The notes under the pieces: generated by a model
What the model saw: only the letters and a program-made list of their open reading frames with translations
Told to the model about the DNA's origin: nothing
Databases searched by the model: none
Origin: Candidatus Enterousia sp.
GTDB lineage: Bacteria; Pseudomonadota; Alphaproteobacteria; Rs-D84
Direction of reading: 5' to 3'
DNA: 64,000 nt
Assembly (NCBI GenBank): GCA_045546075.1
Contig: JAZQCF010000008.1
Location: 17,137 to 81,136, forward strand
Part shown: positions 55,075 to 64,000 of the stretch, piece by piece
How the letters are laid out: each line of letters starts with the position of its first letter
How positions within the stretch are numbered: position 1 is the first letter of the stretch
Made by a program: the position numbers and the translations under genes

Positions 55075-55560
55075 TTATCTGTTACGACCTTTGTTATAAA
55101 TAGAAATATCCACGCCTGAACCACCATTTATGCGAACGTGTTTGCGGCGTTTGTCCCCAGAATTATCATATTTATTCTTGCGTGATTTTCCGCCCGAACG
55201 TGAACCGTTCTTTTTATGATTTTTCATCATTTGTTCTAACAATTCTGGGTCAATATGACAAAAATATGTTTCATCGGTTTCGTCGCCCTTGGCAACATTG
55301 CACCATGTATGCATCGGTTGCAGATTGCCGATTTGTGTTGGACCGCCCCTGGATTCTGCGATAACGTGATCCCACGAAAAATCGTCCATATTAAATATCG
55401 GTTTACCACATGCCGCGCACTTTGGTAATTCTCCACGTACTATCAAGATTTTTAACAAACTTTTAACCTCGGCCGGGGTCAAAGACTTCCAATACTTTAA
55501 TATGCCACCCAATATGGCCTGAACTTCATTTTCTGTCATATCGTTATACCGTTTTTTCAT
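55075..55560 (-). CDS. HNH endonuclease with basic tail
   Basis: CAACGKPI...WDHVIAESRGGPTQIGNLQPMHTWCNVAKG. Its end lies 12 nt from the tRNA-Gly 3' end. Confidence 0.75.
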   Translation of the reverse strand: MKKRYNDMTENEVQAILGGILKYWKSLTPAEVKSLLKILIVRGELPKCAACGKPIFNMDDFSWDHVIAESRGGPTQIGNLQPMHTWCNVAKGDETDETYFCHIDPELLEQMMKNHKKNGSRSGGKSRKNKYDNSGDKRRKHVRINGGSGVDISIYNKGRNR

Positions 55561-56735
55561 TATTTTTTTGTTGGAATTTGCAGTAATTGATCCGTTAGAA
55601 TTAAATCCGGATTTTCAATATTATTGCGTTCGGCAATTATACTGAACAATACGCCGCGACGCAGAAAATTCCGCGCAATAATCCACAAACAATCGCCACG
55701 GCGCACCGTATAAAACGTGTCATTATCACCCGTCATTTCTGGCATAATAAAGTTATGGTTTACTGTCGCAATCGTTTGGCCATCACCATCGTGCAGACGA
55801 ACCGTAAGATTGTATTCTTGACCCGGCTTTAATTCACCAACATCGGCCCCAAGTCCAAAATGTTTGTAATCTGACACGCGCGCGAAACCCATATATTTAT
55901 CATTCAATGACAAAGATACGCGCAACCGCGGCAACGCATCACCTGTTACAATTATGCGCCCAGTATCCAGATAATCTATTTTTGACACAACCAAATCGCC
56001 ATCTTTCAAAATTGACGGGGACTGTAAAACACGACTGCCGTCACGGGTCATAAGCAACGATACAGAATTGCGATAGTCTGCATCTGACACGTACAGAAAA
56101 ACCTTGTCCGCAGATTTCATCTTGGGTTCCACCCCCATCAAAGACAATGTGTAATTTCCCGGCGTTAACCCATTTGCCGGCGCATAGACAAATTCACCGT
56201 TTTCGTTTGTGCGCTCGGTTGCGACAATCTTGTTATTAATCAATATTGAAATATTTTTATTTGGTTGCCAACGGCCGGCAACAACGATGCCGTTTTCTTT
56301 GATACGAACGATATCAAACGTTGGAATATCCGCCGGTTCAATAACGTTTTTAACCGTGTCACGGGACACGGTTTCAACAGGCACAGGATTCGCATTTAAC
56401 ACAACAATTCGTTGTGGTGTTCCAATTCGAATAAATATAACCCAAATTGCAACGAATAATACTATTAACGCACACAATATCGGGAACCAATATTCACGCA
56501 ATACAGATTTTTTTTCATCATTGTTATCACGTGGCGCACGTTCACGTTTCACAACTACAGTTTTTTCGGGTTCTTGGTCGCGTGAAAATACATTAACAGA
56601 TTTTAAGAAACGGCGCGTAAAATTACGCCGGCGCGACAACCAACTGTTTTGCTGGGCGATAGCCTCGTCAATCATATTGTCGGTTGAACGTTTTGTCTTG
56701 CCCATAACGGCCGTGTTATTGTTTGCCATAATCAT
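55560..56735 (-). CDS. LysM-domain membrane protein
   Basis: N-terminal TM segment and a C-terminal LysM YTVRRGDCLWIIARNF...NPDLILTDQLLQIP. Confidence 0.75.
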   Translation of the reverse strand: MIMANNNTAVMGKTKRSTDNMIDEAIAQQNSWLSRRRNFTRRFLKSVNVFSRDQEPEKTVVVKRERAPRDNNDEKKSVLREYWFPILCALIVLFVAIWVIFIRIGTPQRIVVLNANPVPVETVSRDTVKNVIEPADIPTFDIVRIKENGIVVAGRWQPNKNISILINNKIVATERTNENGEFVYAPANGLTPGNYTLSLMGVEPKMKSADKVFLYVSDADYRNSVSLLMTRDGSRVLQSPSILKDGDLVVSKIDYLDTGRIIVTGDALPRLRVSLSLNDKYMGFARVSDYKHFGLGADVGELKPGQEYNLTVRLHDGDGQTIATVNHNFIMPEMTGDNDTFYTVRRGDCLWIIARNFLRRGVLFSIIAERNNIENPDLILTDQLLQIPTKK

Positions 56736-56833
56736 TATCTCCTAAGGATAGTTTTTCTAATGGACAAAATAGCATAAAAATGTTTTCTTTGTCAACTTAT
56801 TTATGATATAATCTTGGAATAAATGGGGGCAAT

Positions 56834-57913
56834 ATGAAACGTATAGGAATTATGACCACGGGTGGCGATTGCAGCGGCCTGAACACAGTGATAAATCGTA
56901 TTGTTTTGGGTGCATCCAATCGTGGATGGCGCACATTTGGTATTATTGATGGCACGGACGGCCTGTGTCATATGCCGGCAAATGCGATTGAATTAACAAC
57001 TGAATCCATACCTGTTGAAAACGCGCGCCTGGCCGGCAGTTTTCTGCACAATGGAAATTCCGGCATTATGAATTTCGAAACCGCGGTCAAGATGGGACGA
57101 CTTGCAACCTTTAACAAGAATTTGAAACGTTCGCTTGCCGGATTAAAATTGGACGCATTGATTTTAATTGGTGGCAACGGCAGTTTTTCACTTGCATATA
57201 AAAACAATGATATTTATAACAATCTGTCATTGGTATGTATTCCAAAAACTATCGATTTTGATATACCACTGACCGACCGGACAATCGGTTTTGATACGGC
57301 GGTAAACGAATTGGTTAAATACTGTGACCAGGTTTTATTAACCGCACGCAGTCATCATCGTTGGTTTGTTGTTCAAACAATGGGACGTGAATGTGGACGA
57401 TTGGCATTGAACGCAGGTGTCGCGGTTGGCGCAGATGCGATTATTGTGCCAGAAATAAAATTTAATATTCCCGATTTGGTTCAGCATATTAAATGCGTTG
57501 GGCGCGATTATGGAATTATTATGGTGGCCGAAGGCATTACAATTCGTGGGCATTCGGGCCGCCCGGCCGATATGATATCGCGCGCGTTAACGAACGCAGG
57601 TATTGTGAATCGCGCCGCTTTTCCGGACTATATTCAACGCGCCGGCGACACGACTGCGGCGGACAGAATTACCGCAACAAAAATGGTGACCTGTGCATTG
57701 GATGCGATTGAAAATGGCGAAACAAATGTTATGACGGCATTGCGTGGTGGTGAATGTGTAACGGTTCCATTGGCGGAATTTTATGCGTCGGGCGATATTG
57801 CACGTGACCCAAATATTCCAGATTTGTGCACATCAAACGCATACATTGAACCGGACGATCCGTTGTTGGATGCCGCGGCGGCAATGAACATTTACATCGG
57901 TGAAATGAAATAA
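56834..57913 (+). CDS. 6-phosphofructokinase (ATP- or PPi-dependent; not resolved)
   Basis: IGIMTTGGDCSGLN, IGGNGS, PKTIDFD, MGRECG. Confidence 0.85.
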   Translation: MKRIGIMTTGGDCSGLNTVINRIVLGASNRGWRTFGIIDGTDGLCHMPANAIELTTESIPVENARLAGSFLHNGNSGIMNFETAVKMGRLATFNKNLKRSLAGLKLDALILIGGNGSFSLAYKNNDIYNNLSLVCIPKTIDFDIPLTDRTIGFDTAVNELVKYCDQVLLTARSHHRWFVVQTMGRECGRLALNAGVAVGADAIIVPEIKFNIPDLVQHIKCVGRDYGIIMVAEGITIRGHSGRPADMISRALTNAGIVNRAAFPDYIQRAGDTTAADRITATKMVTCALDAIENGETNVMTALRGGECVTVPLAEFYASGDIARDPNIPDLCTSNAYIEPDDPLLDAAAAMNIYIGEMK

Positions 57914-57918
57914 AAAAA

Positions 57919-57940
57919 ATACGGGGCGTTTGCCCCGTAT
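57919..57940. terminator. Bidirectional terminator between pfk and dnaK
   Basis: ATACGGGGC-GTTT-GCCCCGTAT with an A-run upstream and a T-rich stretch downstream. Confidence 0.75.
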
Positions 57941-57959
57941 TATAAGTATTAAATACCGA

Positions 57960-59858
57960 TTATTTCTTTTCAGAAAAATCTGCGTCACGCGCGTCATTGG
58001 GTTTATTGTCATCCGCACCGTTTGCGCCACCGGCATTTTGTGCCGCCTGTTGCGCCTTGTAGACGGCTTCGCCCAATTTCATGGCTTTTTCGCTTAACGC
58101 ATCGGTTTTTGCTTTCAGGCTTTCTGCCGTCGCGTCAGTTTTTGCCAATTCGTCCGCCAAATCTTTCTTGGCGTTTTCAATCGCAGATTTTTCATCGGCC
58201 GAAATTTTATCGCCGTGTTCTTTTAACGATTTTTCAATCGCAAAGATTGCGGTTTCGGCGGCATTTTTTGCCTCGGCCAATTCGCGTTTCTTTTTATCTG
58301 CATCGGCATTTGCGGCGGCTTCGTCAACCATACGCTTGATTTCTTCTTCGCTTAATCCACCATCGGATTTGATTGAAATCGCCTGTTCTTTGCCTGTGCC
58401 TTTATCTTTGGCCGACACGTGAACGATGCCGTTTGCGTCGATATCAAAAGACACTTCGATTTGCGGCATACCACGCGGGGCCGGTGCGATGCCTTCCAAA
58501 TTGAATTGGCCAAGCAATTTATTGTCTGCGGCCATATCGCGTTCGCCTTGGAATACACGAATTGTCACGGCCGATTGGTTGTCTTCGGCGGTTGAAAAGA
58601 CCTGGGACTTTTTGGTTGGAATTGTTGTGTTCCGGTCAATAAGGCGCGTGAACACACCACCCAATGTTTCAATACCCAACGACAGCGGTGTCACATCCAA
58701 CAACAAAACGTCTTTTACATCGCCTTTTAACACACCACCCTGAATTGCGGCACCCATTGCGACAACTTCGTCCGGGTTCACGCCCTTGTGCGGTTCGCGG
58801 CCAAAGAATTCTTTGACGGTTTCCACAACTTTTGGCATACGGGTTTGACCACCGACCAAGATAACTTCGTTGATTTGTGATTTTTCGATACCCGCATCCG
58901 CCAATGCCTTGCGACACGGTTCGATTGTTTTTTGAATCAAATCATCAACCAAAGATTCCAATTTCGCGCGCGTCAAAGTTGTATTGAAATGTTTTGGACC
59001 CGACGCGTCTGCGGTCAAAAAGGGCAGGTTGATTTCCGTCGAAGTCTTGGACGACAGTTCGATTTTTGCCTTTTCTGCGGCTTCTTTCAAACGTTGCAGT
59101 GCCAATTTATCGCCCGACAAATCAATACCTGTTTGTGATTTGAATTCTTCGATTAAATATTTCAAAACGCGCGCATCGAAATCCGAACCACCCAGGGCCG
59201 TATCACCATTGGTCGATTTCACTTCGAATACGCCGTCAACGATTTCCAACACCGACACATCGAATGTTCCACCACCAAGGTCATAGACAACAATCGTTCC
59301 GTCTTTGTTTTTGTCCAAACCATAGGCCAACGCGGCCGCCGTCGGTTCGTTCACAATACGCAACACGTTCAAGCCTGCAATACGCCCCGCGTCTTTGGTT
59401 GCCTGGCGTTGAGAATCGTTAAAATATGCCGGAACGGTAATAACCGCATCGGTCACCGTTTCACCCAAATAACTTTCTGCGTCTTTTTTCAGTTTTGCCA
59501 AAACCATAGCCGAAATCTGGGATGGCGCATATTTTTTGCCGTCAATTTCAACCCATGCGTCGCCATTATCGCCGGCAACAATTTTATACGGCACGCGCGC
59601 CATAATTTCACGAACGGCGGGACTGTCGAAACGTAATCCCATCAAACGTTTAATTTCATAGATAGTGTTTTCTGGATTGGTTACCGCCTGGTTCTTGGCG
59701 GTAACACCAACCAGTTGTTCGCCATTCGATGTAATTGCGACAACGGACGGTGTGGTGCGTCCACCTTCGGCGTTTTCAATAATTTTCGGGTCATTTCCGT
59801 CCATAAATGCCATGGCGGAATTTGTTGTTCCCAAATCGATACCTAATACTTTTGCCAT
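57960..59858 (-). CDS. dnaK: Chaperone DnaK
   Basis: [33 protein letters not shown]. Confidence 0.95.
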   Translation of the reverse strand: MAKVLGIDLGTTNSAMAFMDGNDPKIIENAEGGRTTPSVVAITSNGEQLVGVTAKNQAVTNPENTIYEIKRLMGLRFDSPAVREIMARVPYKIVAGDNGDAWVEIDGKKYAPSQISAMVLAKLKKDAESYLGETVTDAVITVPAYFNDSQRQATKDAGRIAGLNVLRIVNEPTAAALAYGLDKNKDGTIVVYDLGGGTFDVSVLEIVDGVFEVKSTNGDTALGGSDFDARVLKYLIEEFKSQTGIDLSGDKLALQRLKEAAEKAKIELSSKTSTEINLPFLTADASGPKHFNTTLTRAKLESLVDDLIQKTIEPCRKALADAGIEKSQINEVILVGGQTRMPKVVETVKEFFGREPHKGVNPDEVVAMGAAIQGGVLKGDVKDVLLLDVTPLSLGIETLGGVFTRLIDRNTTIPTKKSQVFSTAEDNQSAVTIRVFQGERDMAADNKLLGQFNLEGIAPAPRGMPQIEVSFDIDANGIVHVSAKDKGTGKEQAISIKSDGGLSEEEIKRMVDEAAANADADKKKRELAEAKNAAETAIFAIEKSLKEHGDKISADEKSAIENAKKDLADELAKTDATAESLKAKTDALSEKAMKLGEAVYKAQQAAQNAGGANGADDNKPNDARDADFSEKK

Positions 59859-59897
59859 TTTTATTTACTCCTTGGTATAAATCTTTTCGTATGCCAA

Positions 59898-59927
59898 AGA
59901 TATAGTTACCCCAAAACCGATTTCAAG
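59898..59927 (-). promoter_or_regulatory. Putative sigma32 (RpoH) promoter of dnaK
   Basis: CTTGAAA, 15-nt spacer, CTATATCT on the minus strand, resembling the alphaproteobacterial heat-shock consensus CTTG-N-CTATNT. Confidence 0.5.
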
Positions 59928-59943
59928 ACCATAGGAATAAAAT

Positions 59944-60099
59944 TTAGTGGTTAGTGGATAGTGTTAGCGGTTGGTGATTAGTCCGTCACGACCGCTGCGC
60001 GGCGGGCCGCGACGGGTGTTAATGTGTGATGATTAGTAAAAATATGAAACGGCGCATTTGCGCCGTTCACTAATCACTAACACTAACCACTTGCCACTA
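59944..60099. repeat. Complete inverted pair of stop-rich heptamer repeats around a GC-rich core and the rplY terminator
   Basis: Left arm TTAGTGGTTAGTGGATAGTGTTAGCGGTTGGTGATTAGT (59944-59982). Right arm CACTAATCACTAACACTAACCACTTGCCACTA (60068-60099) overlaps the rplY stop. Confidence 0.75.
60037..60067 (-). terminator. Terminator of rplY
   Basis: AACGGCGCA-AAT-GCGCCGTT followed by TCATATTTTT on the minus strand. A near-identical hairpin follows smpB at 14611-14630. Confidence 0.7.
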
Positions 60100-60723
60100 T
60101 TTTTTGGCGGGTGCCGCCGCGGCCGCAGGTGCCGCCGCCGGTTTTTTCGCATCGGCTTCTTCTGGCATTTTACCACCAATGGTGGCGAACGCCAATTCCG
60201 CCTGGTGCAGACCCAAAGACACACCGTCCGGCAATTTCAAATCAGAACCGTGAACCGTATCACCAATGGTCAAATCGGCCAAATCCAAAACGATTTTTTC
60301 CGGCAATTTATCAACCAACGCGACAACCGAAACCTTGCGCACCGCAAAGTTCAAAACGCCGCCCAATTTCAAACCGCGAGAATTTTCTGCATTGATGATT
60401 TCAACCGGAACAGACACACAAACCGGCTTTTTAACATCGATGCGTTTGAAGTCAACATGGATAATACGGTCGGTCACCGGATGATATTGAATATCCATCA
60501 ACATCGCGTCTTCTTTACCGTTCTTGGTTGTAATATTGAAAAGTTTTGTCCGCAACGCCGGAATCACAGATATTGGTGCAAAATCACGACCGGAAATTTC
60601 AATCGCGATTGGTTCTTTCTTTTCACCATAGATAACGGCGGGGATGTTTTTATTGTTACGAATTGCACGTGCGGCCCCCTTGCCGGCAACATTGCGAATT
60701 TCTGCATTTAATTGAATTGCCAT
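60097..60723 (-). CDS. rplY: 50S ribosomal protein L25 / general stress protein Ctc
   Basis: LNAEIRNVAGKGAARAIRNNKNIPAVIYG... plus an Ala/Pro/Lys tail. Confidence 0.9.
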   Translation of the reverse strand: MAIQLNAEIRNVAGKGAARAIRNNKNIPAVIYGEKKEPIAIEISGRDFAPISVIPALRTKLFNITTKNGKEDAMLMDIQYHPVTDRIIHVDFKRIDVKKPVCVSVPVEIINAENSRGLKLGGVLNFAVRKVSVVALVDKLPEKIVLDLADLTIGDTVHGSDLKLPDGVSLGLHQAELAFATIGGKMPEEADAKKPAAAPAAAAAPAKK

Positions 60724-60744
60724 TTTTAGTTCCTTTTTTGCTTG

Positions 60745-60805
60745 TCCCCCAAAGCCTTGGCGACGGGGGATTGTTACGTTTCACGCAACCTCCAAGGGTG
60801 TTGCG
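60745..60805 (-). promoter_or_regulatory. rplY 5'-UTR motif shared with rpsP leader
   Basis: mRNA sense: hairpin CGCAAC-ACCCTTGGAG-GTTGCG, then TCCCCC-GTCGCCAAGGCTTT-GGGGGA. The loop sequences CCTTGG and CCAAGG are complementary. Confidence 0.5.
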
Positions 60806-60813
60806 CGGACGGT

Positions 60814-60842
60814 ATTATGTAATAAAACAAACGAAAAATCAA
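60814..60842 (-). promoter_or_regulatory. Promoter of rplY
   Basis: TTGATT, 17-nt spacer, CATAAT on the minus strand. Confidence 0.55.
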
Positions 60843-60848
60843 GTTATT

Positions 60849-61325
60849 TTATATAATATGCTGATTCATTTCCCACTTTAACTTTTCCAAAGTGATATTG
60901 CGCAAGATATTGTATTCGCGCGTCTTGGATGGTTCTAATAACAAATTATGTCCAACCTGGGGCGCAGGCGCAATCTGGACCACATCTGGTGCCGACATAA
61001 TATTAAGACATTTTTCACCTATGTGTTGATTGTATATCCTTATAATATCGCGATTTGGCGAAACATCCAATACTACAACAATTTCATAGGGATGTTCAGA
61101 GTATGCTTTATCCCCAACCCATGTTAGTTTATTAGCGTCGCCACGCAAATGTCCAATGGCGCCGAATGCGTTCAATTTTCCACGAACCGTCACCCAGGTT
61201 TCCGTATAGGCCACAGGGCTTTGCGGGTCAGTTGAAATGGTCTTTATCACTTTATACACCCCTCTTGCATCAATTGCATCGGTCAACAAAATACGTTCAT
61301 CTTGAAATAAATTTGTCTTAGACAT
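60849..61325 (-). CDS. Hypothetical protein (158 aa)
   Basis: GAGAGGTG RBS before MSKTNLFQDERILL; no motif recognised. Confidence 0.5.
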   Translation of the reverse strand: MSKTNLFQDERILLTDAIDARGVYKVIKTISTDPQSPVAYTETWVTVRGKLNAFGAIGHLRGDANKLTWVGDKAYSEHPYEIVVVLDVSPNRDIIRIYNQHIGEKCLNIMSAPDVVQIAPAPQVGHNLLLEPSKTREYNILRNITLEKLKWEMNQHII

Positions 61326-61385
61326 AATATCACCTCTCTGGTTGTTCTCAGGCAATAATATAGACAAAAAACACAAAAAGTCAAG

Positions 61386-61940
61386 TTATATTTTACGCAA
61401 AATCAAGAATCGCGCCCGACCATATTTTTTATCCCGCAAAACATCCCATTTTGTTTCATCGGGGGAATATGGCACATTTGATTCAATTTCTTGGACGACA
61501 ACGGTGCCGGCACGCGCACGTTCCGCCAATTTTGCAACGAAATCAATACCCAATTCCGGATTCGCATACGGCGGGTCAACAAAGACCAAATTTATATCAT
61601 TGGCATAATTTTTAATTACCTTGGCCGCATCAGTATTTACAATACGGATACGATTTGCCGCAATACCATTGGTGTTTTTTCTTATGGTTTTGATTGATTC
61701 GACCGAAACATCGGTAAAAACGGCCGTGGGATCCGGGTAACGGGACAATATTTCCAATCCCAATGCCCCAGACCCGGCAAACGCATCCCACACAACAATT
61801 TTATCATCAAACGACAAAAATTCGGCCAACATATTAAATATCGCCACGCGCGCCAGGTTTTGTGTCGGCCGCGCGCCAGGGGGCAAAAATAACTTTCGCC
61901 CACGATACACCCCAGAAATAATTTGCAATTTTGAATCCAT
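61386..61940 (-). CDS. rsmD: 16S rRNA (guanine966-N2)-methyltransferase RsmD
   Basis: ISGVYRGRKL..PPGARPT, DAFAGSGALGLE, FVDPPY. Confidence 0.85.
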   Translation of the reverse strand: MDSKLQIISGVYRGRKLFLPPGARPTQNLARVAIFNMLAEFLSFDDKIVVWDAFAGSGALGLEILSRYPDPTAVFTDVSVESIKTIRKNTNGIAANRIRIVNTDAAKVIKNYANDINLVFVDPPYANPELGIDFVAKLAERARAGTVVVQEIESNVPYSPDETKWDVLRDKKYGRARFLILRKI

Positions 61941-61958
61941 ATGATAAATTTTACAACC

Positions 61959-62405
61959 ATGAACATAATGAAGCAAGTTTTTAATTTGGCACGGCGCGCC
62001 GGCAACGCGGGCGATGTGCCGATTGGCGCGGTGATTGTCCGTGACGGGAAAATTATTGCCCGGGGGGAAAACCTGGTCCAAAGAAAACAAAACCCAACAC
62101 TGCACGCAGAAATCGTTGCGATAAACCGCGCGTGTAAAAAATTGGGGACAAAATTCTTGGACGACTGTGATATTTATGTGTCATTGGAACCGTGCGCAAT
62201 GTGTGCGACCGCGATATCTTTTGCGCGCATACGCAACATATACTTTGCGGCAACGGACGAAAAGGGTGGTGGAATTACCGCGAACGCGCGCGTGTTTGAA
62301 AACGACAGACACCTGTGGCACCCAAACATAGTCCAAATGCCGGAATACGCGGACGCATCCGCCAAATTACTGCGCGAATTTTTTGCCGAACGCCGCAAAC
62401 AATAA
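61959..62405 (+). CDS. tadA: tRNA-specific adenosine deaminase
   Basis: HAEIVAI and PCAMCATAI zinc motifs. The start could be 61941, 61959 or 61968. Confidence 0.85.
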   Translation: MNIMKQVFNLARRAGNAGDVPIGAVIVRDGKIIARGENLVQRKQNPTLHAEIVAINRACKKLGTKFLDDCDIYVSLEPCAMCATAISFARIRNIYFAATDEKGGGITANARVFENDRHLWHPNIVQMPEYADASAKLLREFFAERRKQ

Positions 62406-62427
62406 CCATAATAACAAAAGGAAAAAT

Positions 62428-62988
62428 ATGTCAAAGAACTTAACACCTGTGGAAAAATTTACCGCAATGGAAGAAAAACGAATGTTTAACGAATATATTG
62501 TTGCAGATTATAACTGTCGCAAGCGTGGCACCGTTACTGTAACACTGGTCCCAACCTATGCGACCGATGCACCAAAACAAATTACACTGGATGACCATTT
62601 GAACGCCCGCAAGAAAATGTTAGATACGGACAGTTGTATATGGAACATTGGTTCCTTGGTCACTTTAACCAAAGATGGAAAAATCAAACCGGTTAAATAC
62701 GATATGCGTAAATGCGACACTATGTTGGTCACCGGCACCCAATACACGGGTGATATAACCAAAGAATTGTATTTGGTTGGTAAAAAGTTTGGCAACGCAG
62801 TATTGTTTATTCGTGATGAACCAATGTATTTATGGCATCAAAAATTCTATGGAACCGAACGTGGCGATATCGTATTGGTTCGCCCCACCAACCAAGAATA
62901 TGAACCGGTGAACACTCACGAAATCCTGCGGAATTTCACAATGGAAGAACAGATGCGCGCTTTTTTTCAATCGCAACACCAACGGTAA
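62428..62988 (+). CDS. Hypothetical protein (186 aa)
   Basis: AAGGAAAAA RBS; no motif recognised. Confidence 0.5.
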   Translation: MSKNLTPVEKFTAMEEKRMFNEYIVADYNCRKRGTVTVTLVPTYATDAPKQITLDDHLNARKKMLDTDSCIWNIGSLVTLTKDGKIKPVKYDMRKCDTMLVTGTQYTGDITKELYLVGKKFGNAVLFIRDEPMYLWHQKFYGTERGDIVLVRPTNQEYEPVNTHEILRNFTMEEQMRAFFQSQHQR

Positions 62989-63004
62989 AAAAAAATAAAA
63001 TAAA

Positions 63005-63022
63005 CGCGGGGTTTCGCCCCGC
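63005..63022. terminator. Bidirectional terminator
   Basis: GCGGGG-TTTC-GCCCCGC with A/T runs on both sides. Confidence 0.7.
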
Positions 63023-63029
63023 ATAATTT

Positions 63030-63644
63030 TTAATTTGCAACATTCCATAACAAGCAGTTTACGTCGGTATGGTCGGCACCATCCACCCATTGTGCACAGG
63101 TCATTTTATTTTGTTTGGAACTTATTGCTGTATAAACAGCGCCATCGGTTGGAATATCGGTCCCGCCATTTGCAACGGTGGTTACGATTTTCTTAACCCC
63201 CGGTTCACCCACACCAATGCCATATGTCACCAATGAACCGTTCGGATAAGCTGTTTCGTTATTTTTCCTAAGAGAATCTTGTTTATTTCTCCACAAATCC
63301 TCTATCGCATCCGCCACCAGTGTAACAGTTGGCACAACGGTATCGTAATCCCGACCTTCAGTTTCTTTATCTAAAAATCTTAATTTGGATTCATTGAATT
63401 CCTCTACTGTATAACTGTCCAAAATACCAATTTTGTTTCCTGTTAATTCCCCGTCATAATAAGAAACCAACGCAGGCAATGAATCATAACTTGTTTCAAC
63501 ATAGCCCGTTGTGATTTTATCTTGTTTTGTTTCCAGCGCGTTATCAACATATTGTCGTGATGTCACGGTTGATGTTGTATCTGCAAAAACTGAATTTATC
63601 GCGATTATTGATGCGATTGCACCAAGTAATAATTTTTTGCTCAT
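63030..63644 (-). CDS. Secreted YVD/CLLW-family protein, paralog F6 (204 aa)
   Basis: AAGGGGAA RBS, signal ending VFA, VTSRQYVDNALETKQDKITTG, LVTYG, TDGAV, KMTC...NCLLW. Confidence 0.7.
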   Translation of the reverse strand: MSKKLLLGAIASIIAINSVFADTTSTVTSRQYVDNALETKQDKITTGYVETSYDSLPALVSYYDGELTGNKIGILDSYTVEEFNESKLRFLDKETEGRDYDTVVPTVTLVADAIEDLWRNKQDSLRKNNETAYPNGSLVTYGIGVGEPGVKKIVTTVANGGTDIPTDGAVYTAISSKQNKMTCAQWVDGADHTDVNCLLWNVAN

Positions 63645-63674
63645 ATATTCCCCTTTATTCCTATGGTTAAAAGT

Positions 63675-63702
63675 GTAACAAAAACGAACGTTTTTTGTAA
63701 CC
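63675..63702. promoter_or_regulatory. 27-nt palindromic site 1 upstream of F6
   Basis: GTAACAAAAACGAACGTTTTTTGTAACC, near-identical to 63783-63809. Confidence 0.4.
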
Positions 63703-63782
63703 AGTCTAAAATGAATTTTTGTCAATTAAAAATGGCGGATTTCTGCCATTTTCTATAATTTGAAAAACATCAAAAAAACACT

Positions 63783-63809
63783 GGACAAAAACGTTCGTTT
63801 TTTGTGACC
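63783..63809. promoter_or_regulatory. 27-nt palindromic site 2 upstream of F6
   Basis: GGACAAAAACGTTCGTTTTTTGTGACC, 108 bp from site 1. Confidence 0.4.
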
Positions 63810-63820
63810 GGTTTTTTACA

Positions 63821-63844
63821 TAAAAACCGCGGAAATCCGCGGTT
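63821..63844 (-). terminator. Terminator of gpmI
   Basis: AACCGCGG-ATTT-CCGCGGTT followed by TTTTT on the minus strand. Confidence 0.7.
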
Positions 63845-63853
63845 AATTATTTT

Positions 63854-64000
63854 TTATATCAACGATTTTCCGGTCATATCAAGGGGCTTTGGCACGCCCA
63901 ACAATTTTAATATCGTTGGCGCAACATCGGCCAATCCACCGTTTTTAATCTTTTTGTATTTTGGTTCGCCAACCATAATCGCGCGAACCTTGTTGTTGGT
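63854..64000 (-). CDS. gpmI: 2,3-bisphosphoglycerate-independent phosphoglycerate mutase, C-terminal 48 aa (partial)
   Basis: Reverse translation gives ...[29 protein letters not shown], which matches the GpmI C-terminus. It is open at the window end. Confidence 0.75.
   Translation of the reverse strand, partial: TNNKVRAIMVGEPKYKKIKNGGLADVAPTILKLLGVPKPLDMTGKSLI

Noticed and set aside
59944-60099. Heptamer repeat blocks as a CRISPR array or telomere-like repeat
   Set aside because: The units are 6-7 nt with no spacers, occur as short blocks of 3-6 units in inverted pairs, and no cas genes are present.
60058-60711. 217-aa plus-strand ORF
   Set aside because: It is antisense to rplY (L25), which is clearly identified.

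Overview
This 64-kb chromosomal window probably comes from a host-associated, fairly AT-rich alphaproteobacterium. That is an inference from a circularly permuted two-piece tmRNA gene, DUF1013 and DUF2155 genes, an AddA-type helicase-nuclease, and an S16 with an Ala/Lys/Glu tail. The backbone is housekeeping: lon (partial), ssrA, obg, rubrerythrin, prfB (classical +1 frameshift), an amidase, a peroxiredoxin, smpB-tatD-holB-carboxypeptidase, mtaB, rpoZ, a P-type ATPase, rpsD, trpS, a Xer recombinase, cysS, rpoD, addA, recN, xseA, tsaD, rpsP-rimM-trmD-rplS, glutamate dehydrogenase, PFK, dnaK, rplY, rsmD, tadA and gpmI (partial). There are four tRNAs (Arg-CCG, Ser-CGA, Ser-GGA, Gly-CCC). I saw no rRNA and no CRISPR array. 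UGA, UAG and UAA all act as stops. The accessory layer is the interesting part. (1) Six paralogous secreted proteins share an N-terminal YVD..KQ.KI module and a C-terminal C(L/M)LW module. Three of them sit behind a conserved ~200-220-nt structured leader with covarying hairpins and a terminator/antiterminator arrangement, which I read as a candidate unclassified riboswitch or attenuator. (2) A GIY-YIG nuclease gene is bracketed by ~67-nt structured inverted repeats, and related MITE-like palindromes abut the stop codons of the paralogs. (3) A stop-codon-rich heptamer repeat (TAGTGGT-like) supplies the TAG stops of smpB, gdh and rplY. (4) There are integration scars at tRNA-Ser(GGA), tRNA-Arg(CCG) and the 3' end of rplS (130-bp direct repeats around a 1.35-kb three-gene insert). 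(5) Extra small ORFs sit inside the rpsP-rimM-trmD-rplS operon, and the rpsP and rplY leaders share a hairpin. All protein family names come from motif recognition by eye; no database search was possible.
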